Shown in pieces: positions 30,429 to 39,767 of a DNA stretch of 64,000 bases. Position numbers and translations under genes: made by a program. The stretch is taken from positions 57,090 to 121,089 of the forward strand of contig JBGASW010000006.1 in assembly GCA_044229475.1 (NCBI GenBank), read 5' to 3'. Below the pieces are notes generated by a model, which worked only from the letters and a program-made list of their open reading frames with translations, did not search any database and was not told the DNA's origin. The stretch's first letter is position 1; every line of letters begins with the position of its first letter. This stretch comes from Thermoanaerobaculia bacterium (GTDB lineage: Bacteria > Acidobacteriota > Thermoanaerobaculia > UBA5066).

Positions 30429-31699
30429 TCGCGCGCGTCCTCGACGGGTTCCGGCGCGTCCTCGCGGAGAACCTTCGGTTCGCGCTGATCGCGCTGCGCG
30501 CCCACAAGCTGCGCGCATTTCTCACGATGGTCGGCATCGTGATCGGCGTCTGGACCGTCATCGGAATGGTTTCGCTCGTGACGGGATTCGACCGCTCGCA
30601 GACCGAGGCTTTCTCGTCGTTCGGGACGACGCTCGTCCAGTTCCAGAAGTTCGAGCCGCGTTTCGGCCCCGGCCACCGCTCCGAGGAGGAGCGCAAAAGG
30701 CGCGACCTCACGATCGAGGACGCGCAGGCGCTCCTCGACCTGTGCCCCTCGATCCTCGCTGTGTCGCCCGAGCGGTACATGTGGACCCCGTCCAAGGTGA
30801 AGGCGAACGGCGTCGAGGCGAACTCCCCGCAGATCGGCGGCGTGAACCAGAGCTACGCGATCTGCAACAACTGGGAGATCAAGGACGGCCGCAACATCAC
30901 GGAGACGGACGTCCTCCACGCGACGGACGTCGCCGTCATCGGTCAGGACGTCATCGAGTCGCTCTTCAAGGGCAAGGACCCGCTCGGGCAGATCCTCACG
31001 ATCAACGGCAAGCGCGTGCAGGTCGTCGGGACGTTCGAGAAGAAGGGCTCGTCGGGCTTCGGCGGGCAGCCCGACAACATCGTCGTGATCCCGATCTCGA
31101 CGTTCGACCGCCATTTCCCGCAGACGAAGAACTCCCACGACGACACGATCCACATCGCGACGATTCCGCGCTCGCCCGAGCTCGTGGATCGCGTCATCGA
31201 GGAGGGCACAGCCGTCCTTCGGGCGCGGCGCAAGGTGCCGTTCAACGCCCCGAACGACTTCGCGATCTTCACCGCCGAGAAGATGCTCGCCCAGATGCAG
31301 GCCGTGACGAACGCGATCTCCGGCGTCATGGTCCTCATCGCGGCGATCGCGCTCCTCGTGGGCGGCGTCGGCGTCATGAACATCATGCTCGTCTCCGTCA
31401 CGGAGCGGACGAAGGAGATCGGCCTGAGGAAGTCCGTCGGCGCGCTCCGGAGGGACATCACTCTCCAGTTCCTCACGGAGGCGATGACGCTCACGGCCCT
31501 CGGGGGCGCCGTCGGCGTCCTCCTCGGCCTTCTGACGTCGCTCGTCGTCAAGAACGTCTCGAGCCTCAGGACGGAGACGCCGCTCTGGAGCATCCTCCTC
31601 GGCCTCGGGGTCTCGGTGTCGATCGGCCTCTTCTTCGGGATCTACCCTGCGATGAAAGCCGCGCGCCTGAATCCGATCGACGCCCTGCGCTACGAGTAG
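30425..31699 (+). CDS. MacB/FtsX-family ABC permease
   Basis: LRAFLTMVGIVIGV, MNIMLVSVTERTKEIG, PIDALRYE. Confidence 0.92.
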   Translation: MIARVLDGFRRVLAENLRFALIALRAHKLRAFLTMVGIVIGVWTVIGMVSLVTGFDRSQTEAFSSFGTTLVQFQKFEPRFGPGHRSEEERKRRDLTIEDAQALLDLCPSILAVSPERYMWTPSKVKANGVEANSPQIGGVNQSYAICNNWEIKDGRNITETDVLHATDVAVIGQDVIESLFKGKDPLGQILTINGKRVQVVGTFEKKGSSGFGGQPDNIVVIPISTFDRHFPQTKNSHDDTIHIATIPRSPELVDRVIEEGTAVLRARRKVPFNAPNDFAIFTAEKMLAQMQAVTNAISGVMVLIAAIALLVGGVGVMNIMLVSVTERTKEIGLRKSVGALRRDITLQFLTEAMTLTALGGAVGVLLGLLTSLVVKNVSSLRTETPLWSILLGLGVSVSIGLFFGIYPAMKAARLNPIDALRYE

Positions 31700-31733
31700 C
31701 CGCGGAGCGCGGCGTTCCGGTTAGGATCCGCCC

Positions 31734-32087
31734 GTGGCCGTGATCCCGAAAGACGTGCAGGTCCTCGGCGACGAGCTCGCGATCGTGTGGGCCGACGGAG
31801 CCGAGACGTACCTGAAACTCGCCGACCTCCGGCGCCTCTGCCCGTGCGCCTCGTGCCAGGGAGAGGGGGATCTCCTCGGAAGGATCTCGAAGCCGCCCGC
31901 CAAACCGCTCACGCGGGAGTCGTATGTCGTCAAAGGCACATCGCCCGTAGGCGGCTACGCGCTCCAGATCTTCTGGGGCGACGGGCACGCCGACGGGCTG
32001 TACACGTACGCGCGGCTGAAGGCCTGGGGCGAAAACCCCCCGGACCTGCCGCCCGTCAGCGCTTTTCCCCTGCTCCCGACGGTCTGA
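31734..32087 (+). CDS. DUF971 / GBBH-like N-terminal domain protein
   Basis: LRRLCPCASC and VGGYALQIFWGDGH..GLY motifs. Confidence 0.88.
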   Translation: MAVIPKDVQVLGDELAIVWADGAETYLKLADLRRLCPCASCQGEGDLLGRISKPPAKPLTRESYVVKGTSPVGGYALQIFWGDGHADGLYTYARLKAWGENPPDLPPVSAFPLLPTV

Positions 32088-33201
32088 CCTTCTCCTCGAG
32101 AGCCTTCTTCACCAGCTTCGAAAACTCGGGGTAGCCCTTGCCCTTCGTCGCCGAGACGTAGAGCGCAGCGACCGCGCGGGGGCCCGCCGCGAGGGCCTCG
32201 AGGAACTTCTCGCGCCCCGCGAGGCGCAGGACGCCGTCCGTCATCTGGGCGCCGACGATCGCGGGGTAGCGCTGCCAGAAGTCGCCCTTGCCGGCGTTCA
32301 GAAAGAGATCCAGCCTTCGGTCCTCCTTCACCTTGCCTTCGAGGAGGAGTTCCGCCGCCGTGTTCCAGCGCCCGAAGCTGCGCACGATGGGCTCCTCGAG
32401 GAATGGCGAAAGCGGGAAGAACTCGTCCGGCACGAGGAAGAGCGTGCCGGGGCCCTCGGCGACGGTGCGCGCGAGCAGCGCGTCGAAGTCGAGCCCCTTG
32501 TCGCCCGCGGGCGGCCAGGCGGGCGCCCTCCGCACCTGCGCCTCGAACAGGGTGCGCCACGCCTCGGCCGCCGCGCCCCGCAGGACTTTCAGGAGGGCCT
32601 CACGAGGCTGCGGCGCCGTGGCGGGGCTGCCGACGATGCGGGGAAGGTCGGCCGAGATGACGATCTCGCCGTCGCCGCTCACGGAGACGATCTCGGCGAA
32701 ACCCGAGATCGCGAGGAACGGCACGAGGACGACGTGCACTTTCACCGGCATGCCCGCGGGGATAAGCGATGCGAGCCGCCGCGCCAGGAGCGCGGCGTCG
32801 GCGGAGCCCGTGGCGTCCATCTCGTCCAGAAGCGCCGTGAAGGTCGGGCTCGTCCCGATGAACGACGTGAAGAGAGGATCCGGGGTCCCCGCGATCGCCG
32901 AGACGAGCTTGCCGTAGTAGTCGTCGGGCGAGAGGTTCTGCGCGCGAATCGCCGCGGTGGCGTGCGTCGACGCCTTCAGGCGCCGGAGCGCGGCCGTCGG
33001 CCCGGGCGCGCCGGCGAGGAGCCCGAGCACGTCCCGCGCCGGCTGCGTGTCGATGGTGAAGACGATCTCGTGCGGCGTCTTCGCGGCGAGGTCGAACGGC
33101 GGGCCGGACGTGACGCTGGCGGCGGGCGCGGGGCGGGCCGCGGCGAGCGCCGCGAGGACGAGGCTCGCCGAGAAAACAGGGCGAACGCGGGCGTCAACCA
33201 A
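32056..33201 (-). CDS. exported hypothetical protein (possibly DUF5700-like)
   Basis: Signal-like N-terminus; TTG start overlapping the HAD gene end; family call weak. Confidence 0.55.
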   Translation of the reverse strand: MVDARVRPVFSASLVLAALAAARPAPAASVTSGPPFDLAAKTPHEIVFTIDTQPARDVLGLLAGAPGPTAALRRLKASTHATAAIRAQNLSPDDYYGKLVSAIAGTPDPLFTSFIGTSPTFTALLDEMDATGSADAALLARRLASLIPAGMPVKVHVVLVPFLAISGFAEIVSVSGDGEIVISADLPRIVGSPATAPQPREALLKVLRGAAAEAWRTLFEAQVRRAPAWPPAGDKGLDFDALLARTVAEGPGTLFLVPDEFFPLSPFLEEPIVRSFGRWNTAAELLLEGKVKEDRRLDLFLNAGKGDFWQRYPAIVGAQMTDGVLRLAGREKFLEALAAGPRAVAALYVSATKGKGYPEFSKLVKKALEEKVRPSGAGEKR

Positions 33202-33898
33202 GGATGGCCTCCAGAGCGCGGGACGTATCGGAGAGGTCGGGGAGGACGACGGTGGCGCCCGCCTCGGCGAGCCGTCCCGCGGGCGTCCGGCCCGTGGCGA
33301 CGGCGACGATGCGAGCGCCGAGCGCGAGGGCGCAGGCGACGTCCTGCGGCGCGTCGCCGACCACGACGCAGTCTGGTCCGCGGAACGCGTGGCCCAGGCG
33401 GCGGGCCTTCTCGAGAGCCACCGGGCCGAGGTCCTCGCGGCGCGGCGCTTCGTCGCCGAACGCGCCGAACGCGAACCGGTCCCAGAGGCCGACGGCGGAG
33501 AGCTTGATGCGCGCACCGCGCTCGACGTTCCCCGTGAGGAGAGCCTGGACCGTGCCGCCGGAGCGGGCGACGCCGTCGAGAACCGCCGCGACGCCCGGCT
33601 TGAGGACCGGTCGCTCGGCGGCGAGCGCGGCCTCCAGGCGGTCGAGGTAGAGCGCCAGGGCGTCGGCACGGCGTCGGAGGACGGTCTCCTCGGGGACGCC
33701 CGCGGCGAGGAGGAGCTCTCTCACGATCATCGGATCGAGCTTGCCTTCGAACGCGAACGTGTCGACGTCGCCGCACGTCCCGAAGACTTCCGTGAGCGCG
33801 CCGGCGAAGACCGTGCGCGCGGCCCGGCCGCCCGAGAGGAGCGTCCCGTCGATGTCGAACAGGACGAGCCGCGGGCGCGGCGCGCGGGCGGCGCTCAC
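33194..33898 (-). CDS. HAD family hydrolase
   Basis: LFDIDGTL, LLTGN, VVGDAPQD motifs; GTGA overlap. Confidence 0.9.
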   Translation of the reverse strand: MSAARAPRPRLVLFDIDGTLLSGGRAARTVFAGALTEVFGTCGDVDTFAFEGKLDPMIVRELLLAAGVPEETVLRRRADALALYLDRLEAALAAERPVLKPGVAAVLDGVARSGGTVQALLTGNVERGARIKLSAVGLWDRFAFGAFGDEAPRREDLGPVALEKARRLGHAFRGPDCVVVGDAPQDVACALALGARIVAVATGRTPAGRLAEAGATVVLPDLSDTSRALEAILG

Positions 33899-34770
33899 GG
33901 GGTCTCCCCGGACGGGAGGCGCGCGGCGAGGGAGGCGGCGAAGTCGGGAAACACGCGTCTCCAGTACGGCCAGTCGTGCACGCCGGTTTCGAGCCGGACC
34001 TCGTGGGCCGCGCCGACGGCCGAGGCGAAGCGGCCGAAGAATCCGGCGATCTCCGCGAGGCGGTACTTGTCCTCCGTGCCGCAGCGCACGAGCAGAAACG
34101 GCGCCCGTGCCGCCAGGGAGGGGTCGTCGAGGAGCATCTGGTAAAGATCGTTCCGGCGCAGGACGTTCGCGACCGGATCGGCGCCGAAGACGGCTTCGAG
34201 AGACGGCCTGAGGAAGAACGGGAGCGCGGCGACGGAGGGAACGCACAGCTGCTGGATCGCGGGCGAAAGGCCGCCCGCCGCGGTGAAGAGGTCCGGCCGG
34301 GCGAGGGCCCAGCGCAGGGCGCCGTAGCCGCCCATCGAGATGCCTGCGGCGACGCGGCCGTCACGCGAGGGGCGGGTGCGGAAAGTCCGGTCCACGAACG
34401 GGACGAGGTCGTCCGTGAGGAACGCGGCCATCCGGCGCGCGCCGCCCTGCGCGTCCACCCACCACGTGCCCTTTCCCCGCGGACAGACGATGATCATCTC
34501 GGGGAGACGCCCGGCGCGCATCGCCGCGTCGAGCGCGTCGATCACGCCCTGCCGGAAGAGCACCGCCTCGTCGCCCTGCCCGTCGTGCAGGAAGTAGAGG
34601 ACCGGGTACCGCCGGAGCGGCGTTGCGTCGTAAGAAGGCGGCGTCGCGACGGCGACGGGAACCGGCCCCGGCATGTTGCGCGTGGGCACGCGCTCGTCGC
34701 GCCGCGCCGCCCTTGCCGGCGCGGCGGCGGCGAGCAGCGCGAGGAGCACGCACGCGATACGACGTCCCAT
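33895..34770 (-). CDS. secreted alpha/beta-hydrolase esterase
   Basis: YPVLYFLH, GISMGG nucleophile, CGTED, HDW. Confidence 0.88.
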   Translation of the reverse strand: MGRRIACVLLALLAAAAPARAARRDERVPTRNMPGPVPVAVATPPSYDATPLRRYPVLYFLHDGQGDEAVLFRQGVIDALDAAMRAGRLPEMIIVCPRGKGTWWVDAQGGARRMAAFLTDDLVPFVDRTFRTRPSRDGRVAAGISMGGYGALRWALARPDLFTAAGGLSPAIQQLCVPSVAALPFFLRPSLEAVFGADPVANVLRRNDLYQMLLDDPSLAARAPFLLVRCGTEDKYRLAEIAGFFGRFASAVGAAHEVRLETGVHDWPYWRRVFPDFAASLAARLPSGETP

Positions 34771-34803
34771 GACGGGATTCTAGGGGCCTGCTAACCTTTC
34801 TCC

Positions 34804-35544
34804 ATGCCTCGCTTCCTCGAAGGCCAGACGGCGATCGTGACGGGCGGCGGGCGCGGGATCGGGCGCGCGATCGCGCTCGCGCTCGCGCGCGAGGGGGCGA
34901 CGGTCGCCGTCGCGTCGCGTTCCGCCGACGAAGTCGAACGGACGGCGGCCGAGATCCGTGCGCGCGCCGGGCGGGCGCTGGCGATCCCCACGGACGTGAC
35001 GTCCCGGGCGGCCGTCGAGGCCCTCGTGGCGCAGACGCTGGAGGAGACGCAGCGCCTCGACGTCGTCGTGAACAACGCGGGCGTCTTCGTGTGGCGGGCG
35101 TTCGCGAAGCTCGAAGAGGACGACTGGGACCGGATCCTCGACACGAACCTCAAGGCGAGTTACCTGCTCGCGCGGGCCGCGCTCCCGGCGCTCTCGGCGT
35201 CGGGGCACGGCCGCATCGTGAACGTCGCGTCGATCCACGGCTCCGTCGGCGAGGCGAGTGTCGTCGCGCACTGCGCGGCGAAATTCGGGCTCATCGGGCT
35301 CACGAAGGCCCTCGCGGCCGAGCTACGGACCGTCGGCGTCACGGTCAACGCCGTCAGCCCGGGCGCGACGGACAACAAGAGCCTCGACCTCGACCCGCCC
35401 GCCCACGCCGAGCCCCTGAAGGAAAAGCTCCACGCGCGCGACGTGGCCGAGGCGGTCCTCTTCCTCGTCTCGCCCGCCGCGACCACCATCTCGGGTGCCG
35501 TGCTCGACGTGTGGGGCGGGACGTCCCTCGCGATCCGGACGTAG
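34804..35544 (+). CDS. SDR family oxidoreductase (atypical HxxxK)
   Basis: TGGGRGIG, NNAG, NVAS; HCAAK in place of YxxxK. Confidence 0.88.
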   Translation: MPRFLEGQTAIVTGGGRGIGRAIALALAREGATVAVASRSADEVERTAAEIRARAGRALAIPTDVTSRAAVEALVAQTLEETQRLDVVVNNAGVFVWRAFAKLEEDDWDRILDTNLKASYLLARAALPALSASGHGRIVNVASIHGSVGEASVVAHCAAKFGLIGLTKALAAELRTVGVTVNAVSPGATDNKSLDLDPPAHAEPLKEKLHARDVAEAVLFLVSPAATTISGAVLDVWGGTSLAIRT

Positions 35545-35565
35545 GAATCGGCCGGAGGGGCGTCG

Positions 35566-36198
35566 CTAGTCGACGAGGCCCTTGGCCTTCAGGTCCTTGC
35601 GGACGGCCTTTGTGACGTCCCGGACGAGCTCCCGGGCCGAGTCGGGGTTCTTGGTCTCGGTCGAGCCCCCCCAGACGAGCTTGTCGGTCGCCATGTCGTA
35701 GATGTTCGTTTCGAGCGTGACGTAGGTCTGCGTCTTCGTGTAGCTCGTGTTCGCGGCGACGTACGGGACGCCCCAGCTCGTGCCCCAGTAGCCGTAGTAC
35801 GTGTAGAACGTCCAGTAGTACGTCGGGCGGGCGGCGCCGGCCTCGCGGGTCATGCCGCCGTCCCCGCCGAGCGCGCGGAGGAGGACGACGCCGTCGAAGC
35901 CGCCCGCCTTGATCGCCGCGACCGCCTTCTCCTTGTCGACCGCGTCGGCCTCGGAGAGGATCGTGTAGCCGCGCGTGCACGCGGTCTTCACGACGTTCCT
36001 GCAGATCTCGTCCTCGGCCGTGCGGCGGAGGGACGCGTCCTTCGTCGCGACGATCGCGAGGACGTTCTTGAACTTCATCTTGCCGAACTGCGGGTCGGCC
36101 CAGCTCTCCTTGACCTTCGTGCCGGCGCGGGCGGACGAGGAGAGCGCGAGCGAAGCGAGGGCGGCGAGGGTCGCGAGGGAGGCGCGTCTTGTCGGCAT
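35566..36198 (-). CDS. exported hypothetical protein (DUF4136-like)
   Basis: Signal peptide, Tyr/Trp-rich segment, ETNIYD...KLVW; typical codon usage. Confidence 0.7.
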   Translation of the reverse strand: MPTRRASLATLAALASLALSSSARAGTKVKESWADPQFGKMKFKNVLAIVATKDASLRRTAEDEICRNVVKTACTRGYTILSEADAVDKEKAVAAIKAGGFDGVVLLRALGGDGGMTREAGAARPTYYWTFYTYYGYWGTSWGVPYVAANTSYTKTQTYVTLETNIYDMATDKLVWGGSTETKNPDSARELVRDVTKAVRKDLKAKGLVD

Positions 36199-36320
36199 GG
36201 CGCGAGAGCTTAGCCGATGGGCGGCGCCACGGTGATTCCGCGTCTCCGGCCGCACCCGGTCCGGGGGGCAGGGCATTGCTAAGATCCCTCGAAATTTTTC
36301 GGAACGAGGGAGGGCCAGCG

Positions 36321-38126
36321 ATGGCGGTTGGTCGTTCGTCTACCGCCGAGACTTCGCGGCGTGACTTTCTTCGCATGGCCGGCACCGGGGCGACCGCGCT
36401 CACCTTCGGGGTGGGGGCCGCGAGCGGCGCCGAACCCCCGGGCCCCGGCGTCTCCGGAGCGCCGGCTGCGGAGGCCTCCCGCTCCGGCCGGTACAACATT
36501 CTCTTCCTGCTGACCGACCAGGAACGCTTCTTCCGCCCGGGAGAGCTGCCGGCGGGGTTCCGCCTCCCCGGCCACGAGCGCCTGCGCTCGCGCGGCGTGT
36601 CGTTCGTGAATCACCGCATCAACTCCTGCGTCTGCACGCCGTCGCGCTCGGTGATCTACACCGGCCGGCACATCCAGCAGACCCGGATGTTCGACAACAC
36701 GAACTTCCCGTGGACGAAGAGCCTGTCGCCGGAGATCCCGACGGTGGGCCACCGGCTCCGGCGGGCGGGGTACTACACGGCCTACAAGGGGAAGTGGCAC
36801 CTGACCAAGGAGTTCGAAACCGTCAACACGCTCGGCACGCCGACGAAGATCTTCACGAAGGAAATGGAGGAGTACGGCTTCTCCGACTACTTCGGCGTGG
36901 GGGACATCATCGCCCACACGCGCGGCGGTTACCTGCACGACGGGGTCATCGCCTCGATGGGGGTGAGCTGGCTGCGCGGGAAGGGACGCGACCTGGCCGC
37001 GGAGGGAAAGCCCTGGTTCCTCGCGGTCAACCTCGTGAACCCCCACGACGTGATGTTCTACGACACGGACGCGCCGGGGACGCCGGTGCAGTCGAAGCGC
37101 GGCATCACGCACGTGGCGCGCGATCCCGCCGACCCGCTCTACGCGACGCAGTGGGACTTCCGGCTCCCGGCGAGCCACGCGCAGCCCCTCGACGCGCCGG
37201 GCCGGCCGCGCGCGCACCTCGATTTCCTCCGGTCGCACGACGCGCTCGTCGGCGCCATCCCCGACGAGGAGGCCCGCTGGCGCCGGCGGCACAACTACTA
37301 CCTCAACTGCCTGCGCGACGTGGATCGCAACATCGTGATGCTGCTGGACGAGCTAGACGCGTCGGGCCTCGCGGACCGGACGATCGTCGTCCTCACGGCG
37401 GACCACGGCGACATGGACGGGGCGCACAAGCTCCATGCGAAAGGGGCGGTGGTGTACCGGGAGCAGAACCAGGTCCCGCTCCTCGTCGCGCACCCGGCCC
37501 ACCCGGGCGGCCGGGAGTGCCGCGCCATCACCTCTCACCTCGACCTCGCGCCCACGCTCGTCGCCCTGGCCGGACCCGCCGCGGATCAGAAGCCGAGCCT
37601 CGTCGACGGACTCCCCGGCAAGGATCTCTCCGGCCTCCTCGCGGCGCCCGAAACCGCGGCGGTCGACGCCGTCCACGCGGGGACGCTCTTCAACTACAAC
37701 ATGTTCGCCTATCTGGACGGCGAGTACCTCAACAAGGCCGTCGACTACGTGCAAAAGGGAGGGAATCCCAAGGAGCTGAAGGCCGCCGGGCTCGTCCCGG
37801 ACATGATGAAGCGAGGGGCGGTGCGGTCCGTCCACGACGGGCGCTACGTCTTCGCGCGCTACTTCTCGCCGAAGCAGCACAACCGCCCGACGACCCTCGA
37901 GGACATCTACCGGAACAACGACGTCGAGCTCTTCGACACGACCGCGGACCCCCTCGAGATGACGAACCTCGCCGCGGGCGACCGGAAGCACCGGGACCTC
38001 GTCCTCGCCATGAACGAAAAACTCAACCTCCTGATCGACCGGGAGGTGGGCGAAGACCGGGGGCAGATGCTCCCCGGCGGCGTGGAGGCGGGCTGGGAGG
38101 TCACCGCCGAGACGATGGCGCCCTGA
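36321..38126 (+). CDS. Tat-exported Cys-type sulfatase
   Basis: SRRDFLR Tat motif, NILFLLTDQ, CTPSR, GYYTAYKGKWH, TADHG; GGAGG RBS. Confidence 0.92.
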   Translation: MAVGRSSTAETSRRDFLRMAGTGATALTFGVGAASGAEPPGPGVSGAPAAEASRSGRYNILFLLTDQERFFRPGELPAGFRLPGHERLRSRGVSFVNHRINSCVCTPSRSVIYTGRHIQQTRMFDNTNFPWTKSLSPEIPTVGHRLRRAGYYTAYKGKWHLTKEFETVNTLGTPTKIFTKEMEEYGFSDYFGVGDIIAHTRGGYLHDGVIASMGVSWLRGKGRDLAAEGKPWFLAVNLVNPHDVMFYDTDAPGTPVQSKRGITHVARDPADPLYATQWDFRLPASHAQPLDAPGRPRAHLDFLRSHDALVGAIPDEEARWRRRHNYYLNCLRDVDRNIVMLLDELDASGLADRTIVVLTADHGDMDGAHKLHAKGAVVYREQNQVPLLVAHPAHPGGRECRAITSHLDLAPTLVALAGPAADQKPSLVDGLPGKDLSGLLAAPETAAVDAVHAGTLFNYNMFAYLDGEYLNKAVDYVQKGGNPKELKAAGLVPDMMKRGAVRSVHDGRYVFARYFSPKQHNRPTTLEDIYRNNDVELFDTTADPLEMTNLAAGDRKHRDLVLAMNEKLNLLIDREVGEDRGQMLPGGVEAGWEVTAETMAP

Positions 38127-38147
38127 ACGCCCCGGGTGGAAGCCCTC

Positions 38148-38975
38148 CTACTGCTTGACGAGCTCGACGCGGCGGTTCTTCGCCCGTCCGTCCTCGGAGT
38201 CGTTCGAGGCGACCGGCGCGAACGGGCCCACCCCGAAGGCCCTGAGCCGGGCCGCGGCGATTCCGTGCCCCTCGACGAGCGCCTTCACGACGGCATCCGC
38301 CCGCCCCTGCGAGAGCTTGAGGTTGCCGTCGACTCCGCCCACGAGGTCGGTGTGTCCGACGACGAAGAGCTTGAGGGCGGCGTCCCCGTTCAGGAGCTTC
38401 GCAATCTCCGCGATCGCCCGCGCCGACTCCGGCTTGATCTCGGTCTTCGCCGTGTCGAAGTGGATGCCGTAGACCGCGGCGTGCCCGGTCGCGCGGATGT
38501 CGTTCGAGAAGGCGTCGGCGTTGCCGACGATGTCCTGCGCCATCGCCTCCTTCTCGACGATCGTCAGGAAGTACTTGCCCGTGAACTCGGCCCGGAGGTC
38601 GACCCAGAACTCCTTCCCGTCGCGCGCGATCCGGAAGGTCTCCTTGGCCTTGTCGGCGAAGACGACCGTGCCCCCGATCTTCCGGACGGCGTTCTCGAAG
38701 TTGCGGAGGATCTGGAGCTCGCTGGGCTTCTCCTTCGCCGCCGCCTGCGGGTAGTAGTTGATCGTCCACTTCCGGCCCTCGACCCGCTCCGTCTTGTCCT
38801 TGGCGACGGGGAAGGCGTGGGCGTCGAACGTCTTCTGAGAGCAGCTGTGGATCCAGCTCTCCGGCATCCGCGTGAAGAGCGGGTGGTCCGCGCAGTTCAC
38901 GGCGTCCTTCTGCACCACGGCGGCGCGGAGGGGCAGCAGGCCAAGCATCGACAGGAGGAGGATCGCCTTCTTCAT
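38148..38975 (-). CDS. OmpA-family protein (DUF4892-like N-terminus)
   Basis: Signal peptide, CADHPLFTR, GHTD, NLKLSQGRA, NRRVELVK. Confidence 0.9.
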   Translation of the reverse strand: MKKAILLLSMLGLLPLRAAVVQKDAVNCADHPLFTRMPESWIHSCSQKTFDAHAFPVAKDKTERVEGRKWTINYYPQAAAKEKPSELQILRNFENAVRKIGGTVVFADKAKETFRIARDGKEFWVDLRAEFTGKYFLTIVEKEAMAQDIVGNADAFSNDIRATGHAAVYGIHFDTAKTEIKPESARAIAEIAKLLNGDAALKLFVVGHTDLVGGVDGNLKLSQGRADAVVKALVEGHGIAAARLRAFGVGPFAPVASNDSEDGRAKNRRVELVKQ

Positions 38976-39056
38976 GTACGACTCCTTGACCTCAAGATGG
39001 TTCGGGAGCCGCGTTCGCGCAAGCGGGTCCGGCCCGACGTGGCAGGACGCGGCCGC

Positions 39057-39596
39057 TCAGAATCCGGTCGCGAAGCCGGCGCGGACGACCCAGGGGGTAC
39101 CGTAGACACCGTTCGCGTTTCCCGTGACGTCGTACAGGACCTCCAGCATCGCGCTGCTGCTGCCGCCGAGCGGCGCGCCGTACCCGCCGCCGACGAGGAA
39201 GCTCGTGATGTTGCTCCGGGAGGCGCCGTAGGTCCTGGACTCGTAACTCGTCCAGGCCCACTCGGTGTCCGCGAAGAAGCGGTCGAAGACGAAGTACCGT
39301 CCGAAGACGCCAACGCCGTAGTCGGTCGCGTTGAAGCTCGGCTCGTAACGCGTGTCGTTCGTGTAACGGAACATGCCATTCGTTCCGACCCAGACGCGAT
39401 CCGCCGGGAGGTAGCCGAGCTCGCCGGAGACCGACACCCAGTTCACGGACCCGAAGCCGAACCCGATCCCCCCTCCGATCGTGAAGCGGCTGGAACGCAG
39501 CCCGTAGTCGGAGGGAGCACGGCCCGCCTGGTCCTGCGCCCCCGCGGGCGGCGAGGCGAGGAGCAGGGCGGCGAGAATCGGCAACGCTCGCCTCAC
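39057..39596 (-). CDS. small outer-membrane beta-barrel protein
   Basis: Signal peptide, alternating aromatic/Gly strands, C-terminal Phe. Confidence 0.7.
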   Translation of the reverse strand: MRRALPILAALLLASPPAGAQDQAGRAPSDYGLRSSRFTIGGGIGFGFGSVNWVSVSGELGYLPADRVWVGTNGMFRYTNDTRYEPSFNATDYGVGVFGRYFVFDRFFADTEWAWTSYESRTYGASRSNITSFLVGGGYGAPLGGSSSAMLEVLYDVTGNANGVYGTPWVVRAGFATGF

Positions 39597-39686
39597 GATG
39601 TGATTTTCACACGCGGCCGCCCCGCAGGGGCGCGCACGGCCCGACGGCGGTGCTACAGTGATTTCGCGTTCGGCTGACGTCCGTGC

Positions 39687-39764
39687 CTGCCCGTAGCTCA
39701 GCTGGATAAGAGCATCGGCCTTCTAAGCCGAGGGTCGGGAGTTCGAATCTCCCCGGGCAGGCCA
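39687..39764 (+). tRNA. tRNA-Arg (UCU)
   Basis: CTGCCCG/CGGGCAG acceptor stem, TCGGC-CTTCTAA-GCCGA, TTCGAAT, GCCA end. Confidence 0.97.
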
Positions 39765-39767
39765 GTT

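Noticed and set aside
39719-39727. CCTTCTAAG partial match to the recurrent motif
   Set aside because: Falls in the tRNA-Arg anticodon arm and is explained by tRNA structure.
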